Shown here one piece after another: positions 31,375-41,679 of a stretch of DNA of 64,000 nucleotides. Source of the stretch: Candidatus Kapaibacterium sp. (GTDB taxonomy: Bacteria; Bacteroidota; Ignavibacteria; Kapaibacteriales; UBA2268); NCBI GenBank assembly GCA_041675005.1, contig JBAYUQ010000001.1, positions 66,235 through 130,234 on the forward strand. The letters are read 5' to 3'. The first letter of the stretch is position 1, and each line of letters begins with the position of its first letter. Both the position numbers and the translations under genes were made by a program. The notes beneath the pieces were generated by a model. The model searched no databases. It was not told the origin of the DNA and saw nothing but the letters and a program-made list of their open reading frames with translations.

Positions 31375-32583
31375 TTATAAAAAACTATAAACGTTATAAC
31401 TAAGTAAAACGATTGTTAAGATAATACCAAAAACACTAATCACGGGTATATTCTTGATATTTAATGGTATTCGATAAGGTCGATTAATATCCTTTTCGTT
31501 TACTCTAAGAACTATAACAGAAAGGTTTACAACAATAAATGTAATGAAAATAAAAATAGTAGTTATAAGTGCGACAGTCTCAATATTACCGATTAATGCA
31601 AAGCATGAAGTAATTACCAAAATCAAAGTTAGAGCTATGACTGGGGTTCTTCTTTTGGGAGAAATATAGGAAAATAATTGCAAGAGTTTTGTTTCTTTAG
31701 ACATACCAAATAAAACTCTTGAACTTCCCATCATGTTTGATAAGATGGTGTTGGATGTGGCAAATAAAGCTATTACCGAGATAACTACAATTCCAACAGT
31801 CCCAAACTTTGTATTTGCAATATCGGCAAGTGGGCTGGCTGATTCTGCTAATTGCTGATAGGGGGTTACACTAACAGCACTTATTGTAACCAAAGTATAA
31901 AGTACGATAACAACAGCACTAGAGATAAACAATGCTTTTGGTATGGTCTTTTCGGGATTATTAGTTTCTTCTGCCAATTTTACAATTTCTTCAAATCCCA
32001 TATATGCAAAAAATGCAATAACAGAAGCAGTCAGTAACCCGTTCACTCCTTTTGGTGAAAGTTCTGTTAGATTTACATCCCTGATAGAAGGGAAGGCAAC
32101 GTAAATTATAAGTAATAAACCTGCGGCTTCAATTATTGTGAAAATTATATTCAGTGATGAGGATTGCTTAATACCTGAAATATTAACTAAAAACAATAAA
32201 ATAATAATTCCGAGTGATGCTAAAAGCATACTTATACCAGTGAGAGTATTTAAGTATCCGGCAAAGCCAAGTGAAACAGTAGCAGCGCTTATAATACCAT
32301 TGAATGAAATAATAATACCAAGAAACACACCCATCTTTTGCCCGAATGCCTTTTTTGCATATATGTACTCACCACCAGCTTTCGGAAATGCAGCACTTAA
32401 CTCAGCATAAGAGAAAGCTGTAAACAAAGCGGCAATTGAAGCTATTAAAAAAGCGAGCCAAGTTAAATTGCCAGCCATTCCTGCTACTTTACCGATTAGA
32501 GTATATATGCCTGCACCTAATATAGAACCCACCCCAAAAAAGACGCATTCTGCAAGTCCTAAGGTTCTTTTTAATTCTGTCAA
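31375..32583 (-). CDS. APC-family amino-acid permease.
   Basis: 402 aa; ~11-12 TM helices; GSILGAGIY N-terminal consensus. Confidence 0.8.
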   Translation of the reverse strand: MTELKRTLGLAECVFFGVGSILGAGIYTLIGKVAGMAGNLTWLAFLIASIAALFTAFSYAELSAAFPKAGGEYIYAKKAFGQKMGVFLGIIISFNGIISAATVSLGFAGYLNTLTGISMLLASLGIIILLFLVNISGIKQSSSLNIIFTIIEAAGLLLIIYVAFPSIRDVNLTELSPKGVNGLLTASVIAFFAYMGFEEIVKLAEETNNPEKTIPKALFISSAVVIVLYTLVTISAVSVTPYQQLAESASPLADIANTKFGTVGIVVISVIALFATSNTILSNMMGSSRVLFGMSKETKLLQLFSYISPKRRTPVIALTLILVITSCFALIGNIETVALITTIFIFITFIVVNLSVIVLRVNEKDINRPYRIPLNIKNIPVISVFGIILTIVLLSYNVYSFL

Positions 32584-32646
32584 TATTTTCCTGTAGTGAT
32601 GTGTGAGTTTGAATAGAGTATAATCCTAAAACTCGCTATTTAACTT

Positions 32647-33285
32647 TTATTCCTTCAAAACCATATCTATACACATAACAGCTGCTAGTATAAGAAGACG
32701 AACGGGGTCATTTTGGGGTACAGTTGGTTCTATCTCTAGCATATAGTTGTCGGCACTAGTGAACAACTCTCGACCTATCCCAGCCCATTTCTTAGCAACA
32801 TGAGCTAACTTGACTTCACCTTGACTGAAATCAAAATTCCAGCTTGTCCATTTCCCTTTGAGAGAGCAAACCACATTATCCGCAGCATCAAGCACATCGA
32901 ACTTCCCACCAATAGAGAAGAACTTCTGTTTGAAGCGGCCAAATAAGACATCATTCTCATCGAATACTTCCACGTTAGACAAGAAAATGGAAATACCTCG
33001 CTTTACGGTTAATACCTTTCTTCCATCAGCAGTTTTTATCTCTATATCGAATGGTGTTGCACGCTTATAGTCGGTAAATCTAAATATCTTGGTGAATATA
33101 CCGAGCTTTTCTTCTCTGCAAGTCATAATCATCTGCTGAGTATTCGGGTCGAATATATCGTAGTTATTCGCTGCTTTAAATATTCCTCTGTGTTCTTTGA
33201 CGAAGAATAAGTTTTTATTGAGTATTGGATTCATTGGGGTTCCTGTGTTAATTATTATCACATTTAATGGTAAAATAAAGCTCAA
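32647..33285 (-). CDS. Scramblase/LURP-one-related (tubby C-terminal-like) protein. The true start is probably the internal Met (MNPILNK...).
   Basis: Beta-barrel tubby-like pattern ...FDI...ADG..VLTVKRGISIF...; the annotated start may be over-extended. Confidence 0.5.
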   Translation of the reverse strand: MSFILPLNVIIINTGTPMNPILNKNLFFVKEHRGIFKAANNYDIFDPNTQQMIMTCREEKLGIFTKIFRFTDYKRATPFDIEIKTADGRKVLTVKRGISIFLSNVEVFDENDVLFGRFKQKFFSIGGKFDVLDAADNVVCSLKGKWTSWNFDFSQGEVKLAHVAKKWAGIGRELFTSADNYMLEIEPTVPQNDPVRLLILAAVMCIDMVLKE

Positions 33286-33319
33286 TTTACATAAAAATTG
33301 AGCTTTAATTGAGATATTT

Positions 33320-34306
33320 CTAATTCGGCAATGTAAATTGCTTCAGCCAATTCCAATTAACTTGTGCACCAATCATCCAATGATTTTTCCCGTTTGGATA
33401 TTGATGCGTCAGATCTTTTATATATGCGAAATTGAAATTATTTGTTGTATTGCCATCATTTGGTACAAATGTAGCATAGACTACTGTATTAGTATCTCCA
33501 GAAATAGTATAATTTGGATTCAAATCAAAGCTTTTTATATGAGTCTGAACTATCTTATATGGTTGGTATTCAGCTGATGATAATACTTTATCAAATTCTG
33601 ATAATGGAATAAATGGACCAGTATTCGCAGGACCATAATCTCCATTACCAATTTGAAATAATATTGGTAATTTTCTTACAGGATTACTCATTGTATCTAA
33701 ATCGAATAATGCACCACTTTCAACAATTGCAGCAATCTTATCACCCATAAGTATAGATAGTTTGACACACATTTGTCCTCCATTTGAGAATCCCACAAAA
33801 TAAATCCGTTTAGAATCTATAGTATATTCTTTACCAAGTTCATCAATAATCTGTCTTAGAAATTTGATATCATCGGGAGGAGTAACATTTGAACAGTATT
33901 CAAAAGAGCAAAATGGTATGCTATTCCATTTTGTAATCTTTTTTTGTCCATCTTCATCGAGAATACAATAATTCATGGATGAAGGAAATACGGAAATAAA
34001 ATTTTCTTTTTCACCCAACTCCTTCCAACCTGAGGTATTATAGAACCTTTCACCATCTCCACCAGTTCCATGGAGCATAAATACTACTGGAACATCCGAT
34101 TTACCGTCATAGCTTTCTGGTATGCTTACTATGTATTCTCGTTCAACGTCATCAACAATTGTGGTAAATTCATTTTTCCCGTTTTTGATAACTGGATCAA
34201 CAATTTCATCTTTTTTATTACAACCTATAAATACAAATGAAATTGTTAAAAATAGTAATAATTTTTTCATACAAATACCTTTATTTATAAAAAGTGAATA
34301 AGTCAA
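33320..34306 (-). CDS. Esterase/PHB-depolymerase-family lipoprotein (alpha/beta hydrolase). It probably starts at the internal ATG (MKKLLLFLTISFVFIGC).
   Basis: The track start is a TTG; 12 codons downstream there is an ATG with a classic lipoprotein signal. HGTGGDGERF oxyanion region; GFSNGG nucleophile elbow. Confidence 0.75.
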   Translation of the reverse strand: MTYSLFINKGICMKKLLLFLTISFVFIGCNKKDEIVDPVIKNGKNEFTTIVDDVEREYIVSIPESYDGKSDVPVVFMLHGTGGDGERFYNTSGWKELGEKENFISVFPSSMNYCILDEDGQKKITKWNSIPFCSFEYCSNVTPPDDIKFLRQIIDELGKEYTIDSKRIYFVGFSNGGQMCVKLSILMGDKIAAIVESGALFDLDTMSNPVRKLPILFQIGNGDYGPANTGPFIPLSEFDKVLSSAEYQPYKIVQTHIKSFDLNPNYTISGDTNTVVYATFVPNDGNTTNNFNFAYIKDLTHQYPNGKNHWMIGAQVNWNWLKQFTLPN

Positions 34307-34442
34307 ATTTATAATTTTTAGTATATATAATCAAGAAAAAAAAACAACCCTGTTACTACTAACTTCAAGGGGAAAAGGTGGATATAAGCGAAAAATAATT
34401 TCTAATTTATAATAATTGGGATTGCTTCATTGTTATTTACCA

Positions 34443-34790
34443 ATATAAAAAATACTCCATTTCTGATATCCTTATTGCTAATATCAAGCATTGTATATTT
34501 TGATAAACGAATTGACCATTGCTATTTATAATTGCAATGCTTCTAATCTCTTCTGAAGATTTTATTTCTATTATGCTACTTTTTGCAATTGGATTAGGAT
34601 ATACCTTGAACTTTTCATTCTGTTTTAAAACGCTTAATATTCCAGTAGTTGGATAGTATTCATCGGCACCTGCTGATAATGATCCATATTGTCTAACTTC
34701 TCCATCTATATCTGTTTGGGGAAAATCTGAAATGGTTGCTACTACAAAATTATATGCTCCATGTTTAGAGGTAATATGAAAATTGTAAGG
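34443..34790 (-). pseudogene. Remnant of a T9SS-cargo gene: only the C-terminal sorting-domain fragment remains, with no start codon or upstream body.
   Basis: Minus-strand translation ...GSLSAGADEYYPTTGILSVLKQNEKFKVYPNPIAKSSIIEIKSSEEIRSIAIINSNGQFVYQNIQ... then stop. No in-frame Met ORF of 60 codons or more in the ORF track. Coordinates approximate. Confidence 0.45.
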
Positions 34791-34987
34791 TTGTAAGGAT
34801 GATAAAGATAGATGAATGTAGGATATTATTCAAAATTACATTCTTTGTATTTGGTTTAGTTTTAGTAATTTCTTTTCCTCCTCAAAATATCACTTATTTG
34901 TAGCTCATTTGATTCACTTTTGTTGCTCAATTTACATAATATTTGAGCTTTATTTCAAATTATTTTGAGCTACAAATTAAAAATAAA

Positions 34988-35992
34988 TTAAGTGTTCTTC
35001 TTATTGGAAATGATAGAAGCTAATATAGAAATGATTAATACCGAACCAATTATAGCTAATGAGATGGTAGAATGAAAATGATAAAATGGCATTATCAGCA
35101 TTTTAACACCTATAAATGATAATATTACAGCTAAACCATAGTTGAGTTTGGAGAACATATCCATAGAATTTGCTAATAAGAAGTAAAGGGATCTAAGACC
35201 TAGAATTGCAAAAATATTAGAAGTGTATAGTATGAAAGGATCATCTGGTGCTATAGCAAATATAGCAGGGATGCTATCTACAGCAAATATTAGATCTGTC
35301 AATTCTATCACAGTAATTGCAACAAATAGAGGGGTTACCATTTTAATACCATTCTGAACCGTAAAAAATTTATCACCATCAAAATGCGCACTAACTTTAT
35401 AAAATTTATGTACAAGTTTGACTGCAAAATTGTTTGACATATCTTTTTCTTCTTCCATATCATGACTTCCCCAAGATTTTATTCCGGCGAGAATTAAGAA
35501 GAATCCAAAAATAGTTAATACCAAATTAATCTGTCTAATGTCACCTTGTGAATCTAAGCCTAAAAATGGTGCATTGACATAAGTTAGTTTTATTAATTCG
35601 ACACCTGCAAAGATAAAAATAGCTCTAAATACCAAGGCACCAATAACTCCCCAAAAGAGGACCTTGTGTTGGTATTTTTTAGGTATTTGGAAGAATTTGA
35701 AAACTAATATAAAGACGAAAAGATTATCGACCGAAAGTGCTTTTTCTATCCAATATGCAGCTTGAAATCGTGAAAAATTGTCTGTTGTCCCTTGTGGATG
35801 GTCTAATAGATAATATATAACACCGCTAAAAACCATGGATAATGAAATCCATACTAATGACCAAATGAGTGCTTCTTTATTTCTGACTTCGTGCGCCTTT
35901 TTATTAAAGACACCTAAATCGAGTAACAGCATGAAAAAAATGATTATTACGAATCCGGCAAGAATGCCAGGGTGGTTGAAGAGATGATCCAT
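34988..35992 (-). CDS. TerC-family integral membrane protein.
   Basis: 334 aa, multiple TM helices, TerC-like conserved charged residues. Confidence 0.7.
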   Translation of the reverse strand: MDHLFNHPGILAGFVIIIFFMLLLDLGVFNKKAHEVRNKEALIWSLVWISLSMVFSGVIYYLLDHPQGTTDNFSRFQAAYWIEKALSVDNLFVFILVFKFFQIPKKYQHKVLFWGVIGALVFRAIFIFAGVELIKLTYVNAPFLGLDSQGDIRQINLVLTIFGFFLILAGIKSWGSHDMEEEKDMSNNFAVKLVHKFYKVSAHFDGDKFFTVQNGIKMVTPLFVAITVIELTDLIFAVDSIPAIFAIAPDDPFILYTSNIFAILGLRSLYFLLANSMDMFSKLNYGLAVILSFIGVKMLIMPFYHFHSTISLAIIGSVLIISILASIISNKKNT

Positions 35993-36195
35993 TCTGTATT
36001 ATTTTTAAGCCTATAACTGAAATTTTCAGTTTATTTTGTTGGTAATAATTTATTTAAAGGAATTCAAATAATTTGATTTGATGAAATTTATAAATATAAT
36101 TTCTTATTAATTAAGCTTTTTAATCTGTATCTCATTTGATCCACTTTTGTAATACAAATTACACAAAAAATGAGTTTTATTTCAAATAAATTTTG

Positions 36196-36232
36196 GCTTC
36201 AAAAAAAAAGACTACCTTGTGAGTAGTCTTCC
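36196..36232 (-). terminator. Rho-independent terminator downstream of clpP.
   Basis: Minus strand: GGAAGACTACtcacaagGTAGTCTTTTTTTTT. Confidence 0.75.
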
Positions 36233-36256
36233 TAAATATTCAAATGATAATAAATC

Positions 36257-36814
36257 CTATACCATCTTGTCAATCATCTTGTCAACGATTCCGTAAGCTA
36301 CTGATTCTTCAGCTGACATCCAGAAATCACGATTGAAATCAGCCATAATCTTATCAAAAGATTGACCACAATTATCGGCTAATATCTGAGCACTTTGCTC
36401 TTTTGTTTTGATTATCTCATTCATCTGTATTTCCATATCTGCTGATTTACCTCTGGCACCACCGCTTGGCTGGTGTATCATTACTCTAGCGTGTGGCAAT
36501 ACGAATCTTCTACCTTTTTCACCAGCTGATAGCAATATAGACCCCATTGAAGCTGCTAATCCAGTTGCTATAGTCGATACAGGGCTTGAAATCGCTTTCA
36601 TAGTGTCATATATAGCAAATCCAGCAGTTACGTATCCACCAGGGCTGTTGATTATCAGTTGTATCTCTTTACCCGGCTCTTCCATTTCTAAGTATAGCAA
36701 TCTATCTATTATGTGCTTAGCCGAATCATCATCTACTTCACTCCATAGGAATATCTTGCGGTCAGCTAATATTTTACTGTCTATTTTATCTTGTACTTTT
36801 TGGTTGTTGCTCAT
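36257..36814 (-). CDS. clpP: ATP-dependent Clp protease proteolytic subunit.
   Basis: ...INSPGGYVTAGFAIYDTM... and ...ASMGSILL... (catalytic Ser); His in ...MIHQP... Confidence 0.9.
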   Translation of the reverse strand: MSNNQKVQDKIDSKILADRKIFLWSEVDDDSAKHIIDRLLYLEMEEPGKEIQLIINSPGGYVTAGFAIYDTMKAISSPVSTIATGLAASMGSILLSAGEKGRRFVLPHARVMIHQPSGGARGKSADMEIQMNEIIKTKEQSAQILADNCGQSFDKIMADFNRDFWMSAEESVAYGIVDKMIDKMV

Positions 36815-36911
36815 TTTTCTAGTTTTTATGATTTTTAAAAATATAATTTACGAATTAACTCATTAAATACTGACAACTAATATTTTTAGTGTTTTTTGTG
36901 GGGAAGTATCA

Positions 36912-37337
36912 TCACTCATCAATATTCATAATATCAATATACTCTTTCAATTCTAATGCCCTTGATTTTATTAACTTCAGCTTATCCAAAGCTGCCATTA
37001 AAATATACATCGTTCCGACTTTAGATAGATATATCTCATTAATTAGCTTAAATTCATTCTCTTTATAGACTAACCAATATTGATGAGATTTTTTTAAATA
37101 GTTTTTTTTATCATCATCTAATTTAGAAATTAATTCATTGTAATTTTTGTTTAACTCTAATTTCCAGCTGTCCGTAGCAATATATACACAATCCAACATT
37201 GCTTGAGTAGAGTAGTTACTATCTAAATCCAAGCATATTTTCATTTCAGCTTCAATTGGATGAATTATTTCAGTAGAATCTTGCGAAATGGCTGGGATAT
37301 AAATAAGAAGAAATAAGAGTATAATATTTTTCATCAT
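36912..37337 (-). CDS. Secreted DUF1311/LprI-like protein.
   Basis: Signal peptide; ...C.D....QAML.C......W...LN..Y... pattern. Confidence 0.5.
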   Translation of the reverse strand: MMKNIILLFLLIYIPAISQDSTEIIHPIEAEMKICLDLDSNYSTQAMLDCVYIATDSWKLELNKNYNELISKLDDDKKNYLKKSHQYWLVYKENEFKLINEIYLSKVGTMYILMAALDKLKLIKSRALELKEYIDIMNIDE

Positions 37338-37987
37338 TCCTCAATAGGGTCGTAATTTTTATAAAACGGAAAACCTTCTTCTTGAATCGAATCAAATTTT
37401 GAGAAAGACACTTCACCATTCCTGTCATAAATAGTTAACCCTCGTTCAAATCCATTAATATCTATCGATGCTAATTCAATTAGTGTATCTACTTCAAGAG
37501 ATAGAAAGTACTGAGTTGTGCCTCCATGAAAAGCCCATCCTGTATAATTATCAAATTCAACATTGTATTTCAAGTTAGGGTAATCACTTGAGTTTTTTAT
37601 ATGAATGAAGTTGTTTGAAACTGAATCGAAAACAAAAAGTTCTCTTAATTCATTTGCTCCTTTAGCAGCTAAAAATGGTACATAACTGAAATCCAAAAAA
37701 CCGTCAGAATTAAAATCTTCAAGCTTTGGGAAATTTATATGGGTCTGGTTTCTTTCAGATTCAAACCTAAACACCTCCTCCCAATAATTTATTTCTTTTT
37801 TTAAAAAAATAATTTTTACCCAATGATCTTTATCTGGTTTTAATCCATATCTTAAAAATTCAACTTTAAAAGAAAGATTTTGATTTATTGATATACTATC
37901 AACAAATGATTCAAAAATCTTCTCATCTTGAGTAAAACTTGTTGAATAAAGGGCTATTAATATGAGTATTGTTAAAGCAAATCGCAT
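37334..37987 (-). CDS. Hypothetical secreted protein.
   Basis: Signal peptide; no recognised domain; 4-nt overlap with the downstream gene. Confidence 0.5.
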   Translation of the reverse strand: MRFALTILILIALYSTSFTQDEKIFESFVDSISINQNLSFKVEFLRYGLKPDKDHWVKIIFLKKEINYWEEVFRFESERNQTHINFPKLEDFNSDGFLDFSYVPFLAAKGANELRELFVFDSVSNNFIHIKNSSDYPNLKYNVEFDNYTGWAFHGGTTQYFLSLEVDTLIELASIDINGFERGLTIYDRNGEVSFSKFDSIQEEGFPFYKNYDPIEE

Positions 37988-38068
37988 AAGTTTTATTTCA
38001 AATATACAAAAAAAAAGACCATTCTCTCGAATAGCCTTTTTCCAATTTCAATAATAATCAGAATAATC

Positions 38069-40189
38069 TTAATAGTTAAGTAATTCTAATAGTATATCAT
38101 ATACCTTGTCTTCTGATGGTAATACATCATTCTCGTAGTTCGGGTGATAAGGAATATGCGAATCTTTGGCAGTTAATTTCTTAACAGGTGCATCCAAATA
38201 CTCGAAGCACTGGTCAGAGATTTCTGATATTATATTACCAGAAACGCTCGTAGTCATAGTATCTTCGTGTACTACTAATGCTCTATTAGTTTTCTTAACT
38301 GATTCACATACAGCTTCCACATCCCAAGGAACGATAGTCCTAAGATCGATAATCTCAACAGTTTTACCTGTCTCTTTTTCTATTCTCTTTACAGCATTAA
38401 CACTGTCTTTTACTCCCATACCGTAAGTGATGATAGTAGCGTCGTTTCCTTCTTTTACTATTCTCGCTTTACCGAAAGGTAATAAGTAGTTTTCATCAGG
38501 TTCTACAGTCTTTGCGAACGGTAATCTGTACATACCTTTGTGTTCACAGAAGATAACAGGGTCTTGCAATCTACAAGCAGTTTTCAATAGACCTTTCGCA
38601 TCTGCCGCATTCGATGGATAAGCTATAAGCAATCCAGGAATGTGAGAGAATATTGATTCTATATTTTGTGAGTGACATAGACCACCGTGTATATATCCAC
38701 CAACAGCAACTCTAGTTACAACAGCAGCAGAGAAACCACCGTTTGAACGGAATCTCATTGCCGATACTTCATTTTTGTATTGCATGAATGCTGGCCAGAT
38801 ATAGTCACCGAATTGAATCTCGATTACTGGTTTCCAACCTTTGACAGCCATACCAACAGCAGTACCTACTATAGATGCTTCAGCTAATGGAGAGTTGAAT
38901 ACTCTTTCAGTTCCAAATGCATCGCTTAGCCCTCTAGTAGCAGTGAATACACCACCTTTACCATCTTCTACGTCTTCGCCATAGATTACCATTTTATCAT
39001 TTAGTGCCATTTCTTCGTGCAATGCGTGATTAATAGCATCTACTAATACAGCTTCGTTCTCACCAGTTGGCTCACTTGTAGCATAAGGCAAATCACGAGT
39101 ACTCAAATCAGCGAAGTTTTCTTTAATTGAGTCAGCTGGATCTGGATCTTCTTGTTCCAAAGCCCAATCTGCTGCTTCAAATAATTCTTTTTTAACATCA
39201 GCCCACATTTTATCAATTTCTTTTTGTGTAGCTATTTTGTCTTTTATCAACTGTGCAGATAGTATTTTGATACAGTCTTTATCATCAGATTCTTTCTCCA
39301 ATTCATCCATATCACGATATTTTCTTTGATCATCAGAAGAAGAGTGAGATAATAATCTAACTACATCTGCATGTATCAAAGCAGGTCCTTTGCCAGCTCT
39401 CATCCATTCGATAGCTTCTTCAGCAGCTTTCACAGATTCAAAATAATCTGTTCCATCTACTCTGATTTTTTTCAAGTTTTCATATTTATCGAAAGCATCA
39501 GAGATGTCGCCACCCATTGTTTGATCTTTCTTTCTTACCGAGATAGCGTATTTGTTATCTTGGATACAGAATAGTACAGGTAACTTAGCTCTATTTGCCC
39601 AGTTCACAGCTTCGTAGAACTCACCTTGTGAAGTAGTTCCTTCACCTGATGCAACATATACGAACTGATCGCCACCTTCTTTCTTGATTGCAAGCGCAGT
39701 ACCAGTAGCGTTTAGGAACTGAGTACCTGTAGGTGAAGATTGAGTTGGGAAGTTTAATCTTGGATTACCAAAGTGACCCGGCATCTGACGGCCGCCAGTT
39801 GCTGGACAATCTTTCTTAGCAAATGCAAGTAGGAAATACTCATTCATAGTCATTCCTTTTGCATAAGTGATAGCCATATCACGATAGTATGTCCAACCCC
39901 AATCGTCTTCTCTCATACGAAGACCAATTGCAGTTTGGATACATTCGTGACCACTAACTCCGATGTGGAAGAATGATTTACCTTGCTTTACGAATCCTAA
40001 GTGTATGTTGTCTGTTGTTCTTGCTGTAATCATATTACGCAAGGCACCCATCAAATGAGCTTTATCCATTTTCATATTTTTTGAAGTTGCTACCTTTTTA
40101 GTAGCAGTCTTTTTAGCTGTCGTTGCTTTCGATTTAGTGCTTTTCGTTTTGACTGAAGCTTTTTTTGTGCTATTTTTTTTAGCCGCCAT
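38069..40189 (-). CDS. 2-oxoacid (branched-chain/pyruvate-type) dehydrogenase E1 component, fused alpha+beta subunits, with an N-terminal Lys/Ala/Thr-rich basic tail.
   Basis: TPP-binding E1-alpha region (...GEGTTSQGEF...) followed by a transketolase-like beta region and C-terminal domain. The first ~40 aa (AAKKNSTKKASVKTKSTKSKATTAKKTATKKVATSK) are low-complexity and basic. Confidence 0.8.
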   Translation of the reverse strand: MAAKKNSTKKASVKTKSTKSKATTAKKTATKKVATSKNMKMDKAHLMGALRNMITARTTDNIHLGFVKQGKSFFHIGVSGHECIQTAIGLRMREDDWGWTYYRDMAITYAKGMTMNEYFLLAFAKKDCPATGGRQMPGHFGNPRLNFPTQSSPTGTQFLNATGTALAIKKEGGDQFVYVASGEGTTSQGEFYEAVNWANRAKLPVLFCIQDNKYAISVRKKDQTMGGDISDAFDKYENLKKIRVDGTDYFESVKAAEEAIEWMRAGKGPALIHADVVRLLSHSSSDDQRKYRDMDELEKESDDKDCIKILSAQLIKDKIATQKEIDKMWADVKKELFEAADWALEQEDPDPADSIKENFADLSTRDLPYATSEPTGENEAVLVDAINHALHEEMALNDKMVIYGEDVEDGKGGVFTATRGLSDAFGTERVFNSPLAEASIVGTAVGMAVKGWKPVIEIQFGDYIWPAFMQYKNEVSAMRFRSNGGFSAAVVTRVAVGGYIHGGLCHSQNIESIFSHIPGLLIAYPSNAADAKGLLKTACRLQDPVIFCEHKGMYRLPFAKTVEPDENYLLPFGKARIVKEGNDATIITYGMGVKDSVNAVKRIEKETGKTVEIIDLRTIVPWDVEAVCESVKKTNRALVVHEDTMTTSVSGNIISEISDQCFEYLDAPVKKLTAKDSHIPYHPNYENDVLPSEDKVYDILLELLNY

Positions 40190-40294
40190 GCTTTACTCAC
40201 CAAATTTTAATTAATATTTTTCTTATTCTTGTTTTATACAATTTCACAATTTACAATTTTAACATCTCAATTAAAAAATCTTATTTGTTAATTT

Positions 40295-41383
40295 ATGATT
40301 AAACTTTACGGTAACCAAAAAATTTACAACTTGCTAACTAACGCAAGTACCAATAATTCTATTGCATCGACATATCTTTTTTATGGGCCTAAGGGCGTAG
40401 GAAAGGAAGCTGTTGCACTAAAATTTGCATCTATTGTTAACCAAATTGATGAATCAAGGTGGCTTAACTCCTCTAATATCACTTATCTTCATAAAACTCC
40501 TGCTAATAAGTCAACTAAGAAAGCAGAGAACTTTTATGATAATTTTCCGAATGATGTAGTGGAGAATATAAAAGAGGAATTAGAAAAAAAACAATCTAAT
40601 CCTTATTATAGCATTGAGATAGCTAATGCTTCACAGATTAGGATAGATTCTATTCGTATTCTAAGAAAAAAGTTATCGACATCAAGTTCAAGTGGTAGGC
40701 GATTTGTAATAGTTTCTGATGCTGATACTATGAATCCAGCTGCTGCTAACTCTTTTTTGAAGACATTAGAAGAACCAAACCCCGATACTACGATAATTTT
40801 AATAGCTGATAATATCAACTCAATGCTACCTACAATTCTTTCAAGGGCACAGAAATTGAAATTTGCACCTTTGACAAATGAAGAATTGAATGAGTATTTG
40901 GCAGATAATTATCCAGAACTGACTGAAGAGAAAAGAAGTATAATTACTTCTTTTTCTCAAGGGTCAATTAGTAATGCAATTGATTTTATAGACCAAGATA
41001 TTAGTCTTTTGGTTGAGGCTACTATTAATTTGCTTCGAGCATCATTGCAAAAATCTGGTTATCGTATATTATTATCAGAAAGAGTGGGTGAGTTAACTAA
41101 GTTAAGAGATAAGAATCTAATAATAACAGCTCTAAAGCTTTTGCAACGGTGGCTACAAGATGCACTACATCTGAGCAATGGCGAAGATAAACTAATAGTG
41201 AACATTAGCACTATTGACTCAATTAGGAAGTTCGCTAATTATTACGACAAAGCTAATTATTTCAAAGCGTTCGATTATATCGAACAGGCAATAGTAAAGG
41301 TTAACCGAAACGTAAGTTCCGACCTTTTGCTTATAGACTTATTCTTGAAATTGAGGAATGAATTCCTAGGGTCAAAGCTCTAG
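40295..41383 (+). CDS. holB: DNA polymerase III delta-prime subunit.
   Basis: AAA+ layout; YLFYGPKGVGKEAVALKFA; SRAQ sensor motif. Confidence 0.75.
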   Translation: MIKLYGNQKIYNLLTNASTNNSIASTYLFYGPKGVGKEAVALKFASIVNQIDESRWLNSSNITYLHKTPANKSTKKAENFYDNFPNDVVENIKEELEKKQSNPYYSIEIANASQIRIDSIRILRKKLSTSSSSGRRFVIVSDADTMNPAAANSFLKTLEEPNPDTTIILIADNINSMLPTILSRAQKLKFAPLTNEELNEYLADNYPELTEEKRSIITSFSQGSISNAIDFIDQDISLLVEATINLLRASLQKSGYRILLSERVGELTKLRDKNLIITALKLLQRWLQDALHLSNGEDKLIVNISTIDSIRKFANYYDKANYFKAFDYIEQAIVKVNRNVSSDLLLIDLFLKLRNEFLGSKL

Positions 41384-41613
41384 TCTTTGCTGTCTGGGCT
41401 TCCAGATTTCTTTACATAATCAGTTTCGTAGAATCCGGTGCCTTTTAGCATAACACCTATTCCGGTGCCAATTTTTCTACGTATTTTCTTAGGTTTGTTA
41501 GCATCGAAACCCTTCACATCTTCTGGCCAAAACTCTAAAGCATTTGAGTTAATACCTTGGATGTATTCGAACTCCTCACCAGTCTCGTCACATATATAAA
41601 CATAAGTAGGCAT
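41380..41613 (-). CDS. FmdB-like small protein (degenerate zinc ribbon).
   Basis: N-terminus MPTYVY.CDE.G.EFE resembles FmdB/CxxC_CxxC_SSSS proteins, but only one Cys is retained. Confidence 0.45.
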   Translation of the reverse strand: MPTYVYICDETGEEFEYIQGINSNALEFWPEDVKGFDANKPKKIRRKIGTGIGVMLKGTGFYETDYVKKSGSPDSKD

Positions 41614-41679
41614 ATCAAAACAATTCAGATAATTAATAAAAATACAGTTACAATAATAAGTAAAATCCGTCTATCAATA

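Noticed and set aside
33271-33300. Inverted repeat GCTCAATTT-acataaa-AATTGAGC, with similar ...TTGAGCTTTATTT motifs at 34930-34975.
   Set aside because: Initially considered a shared operator. It is positioned immediately 3' of the esterase gene on the minus strand with a T-rich tail, so it is most simply a rho-independent terminator; the partial repeats are terminator-like hairpins too.
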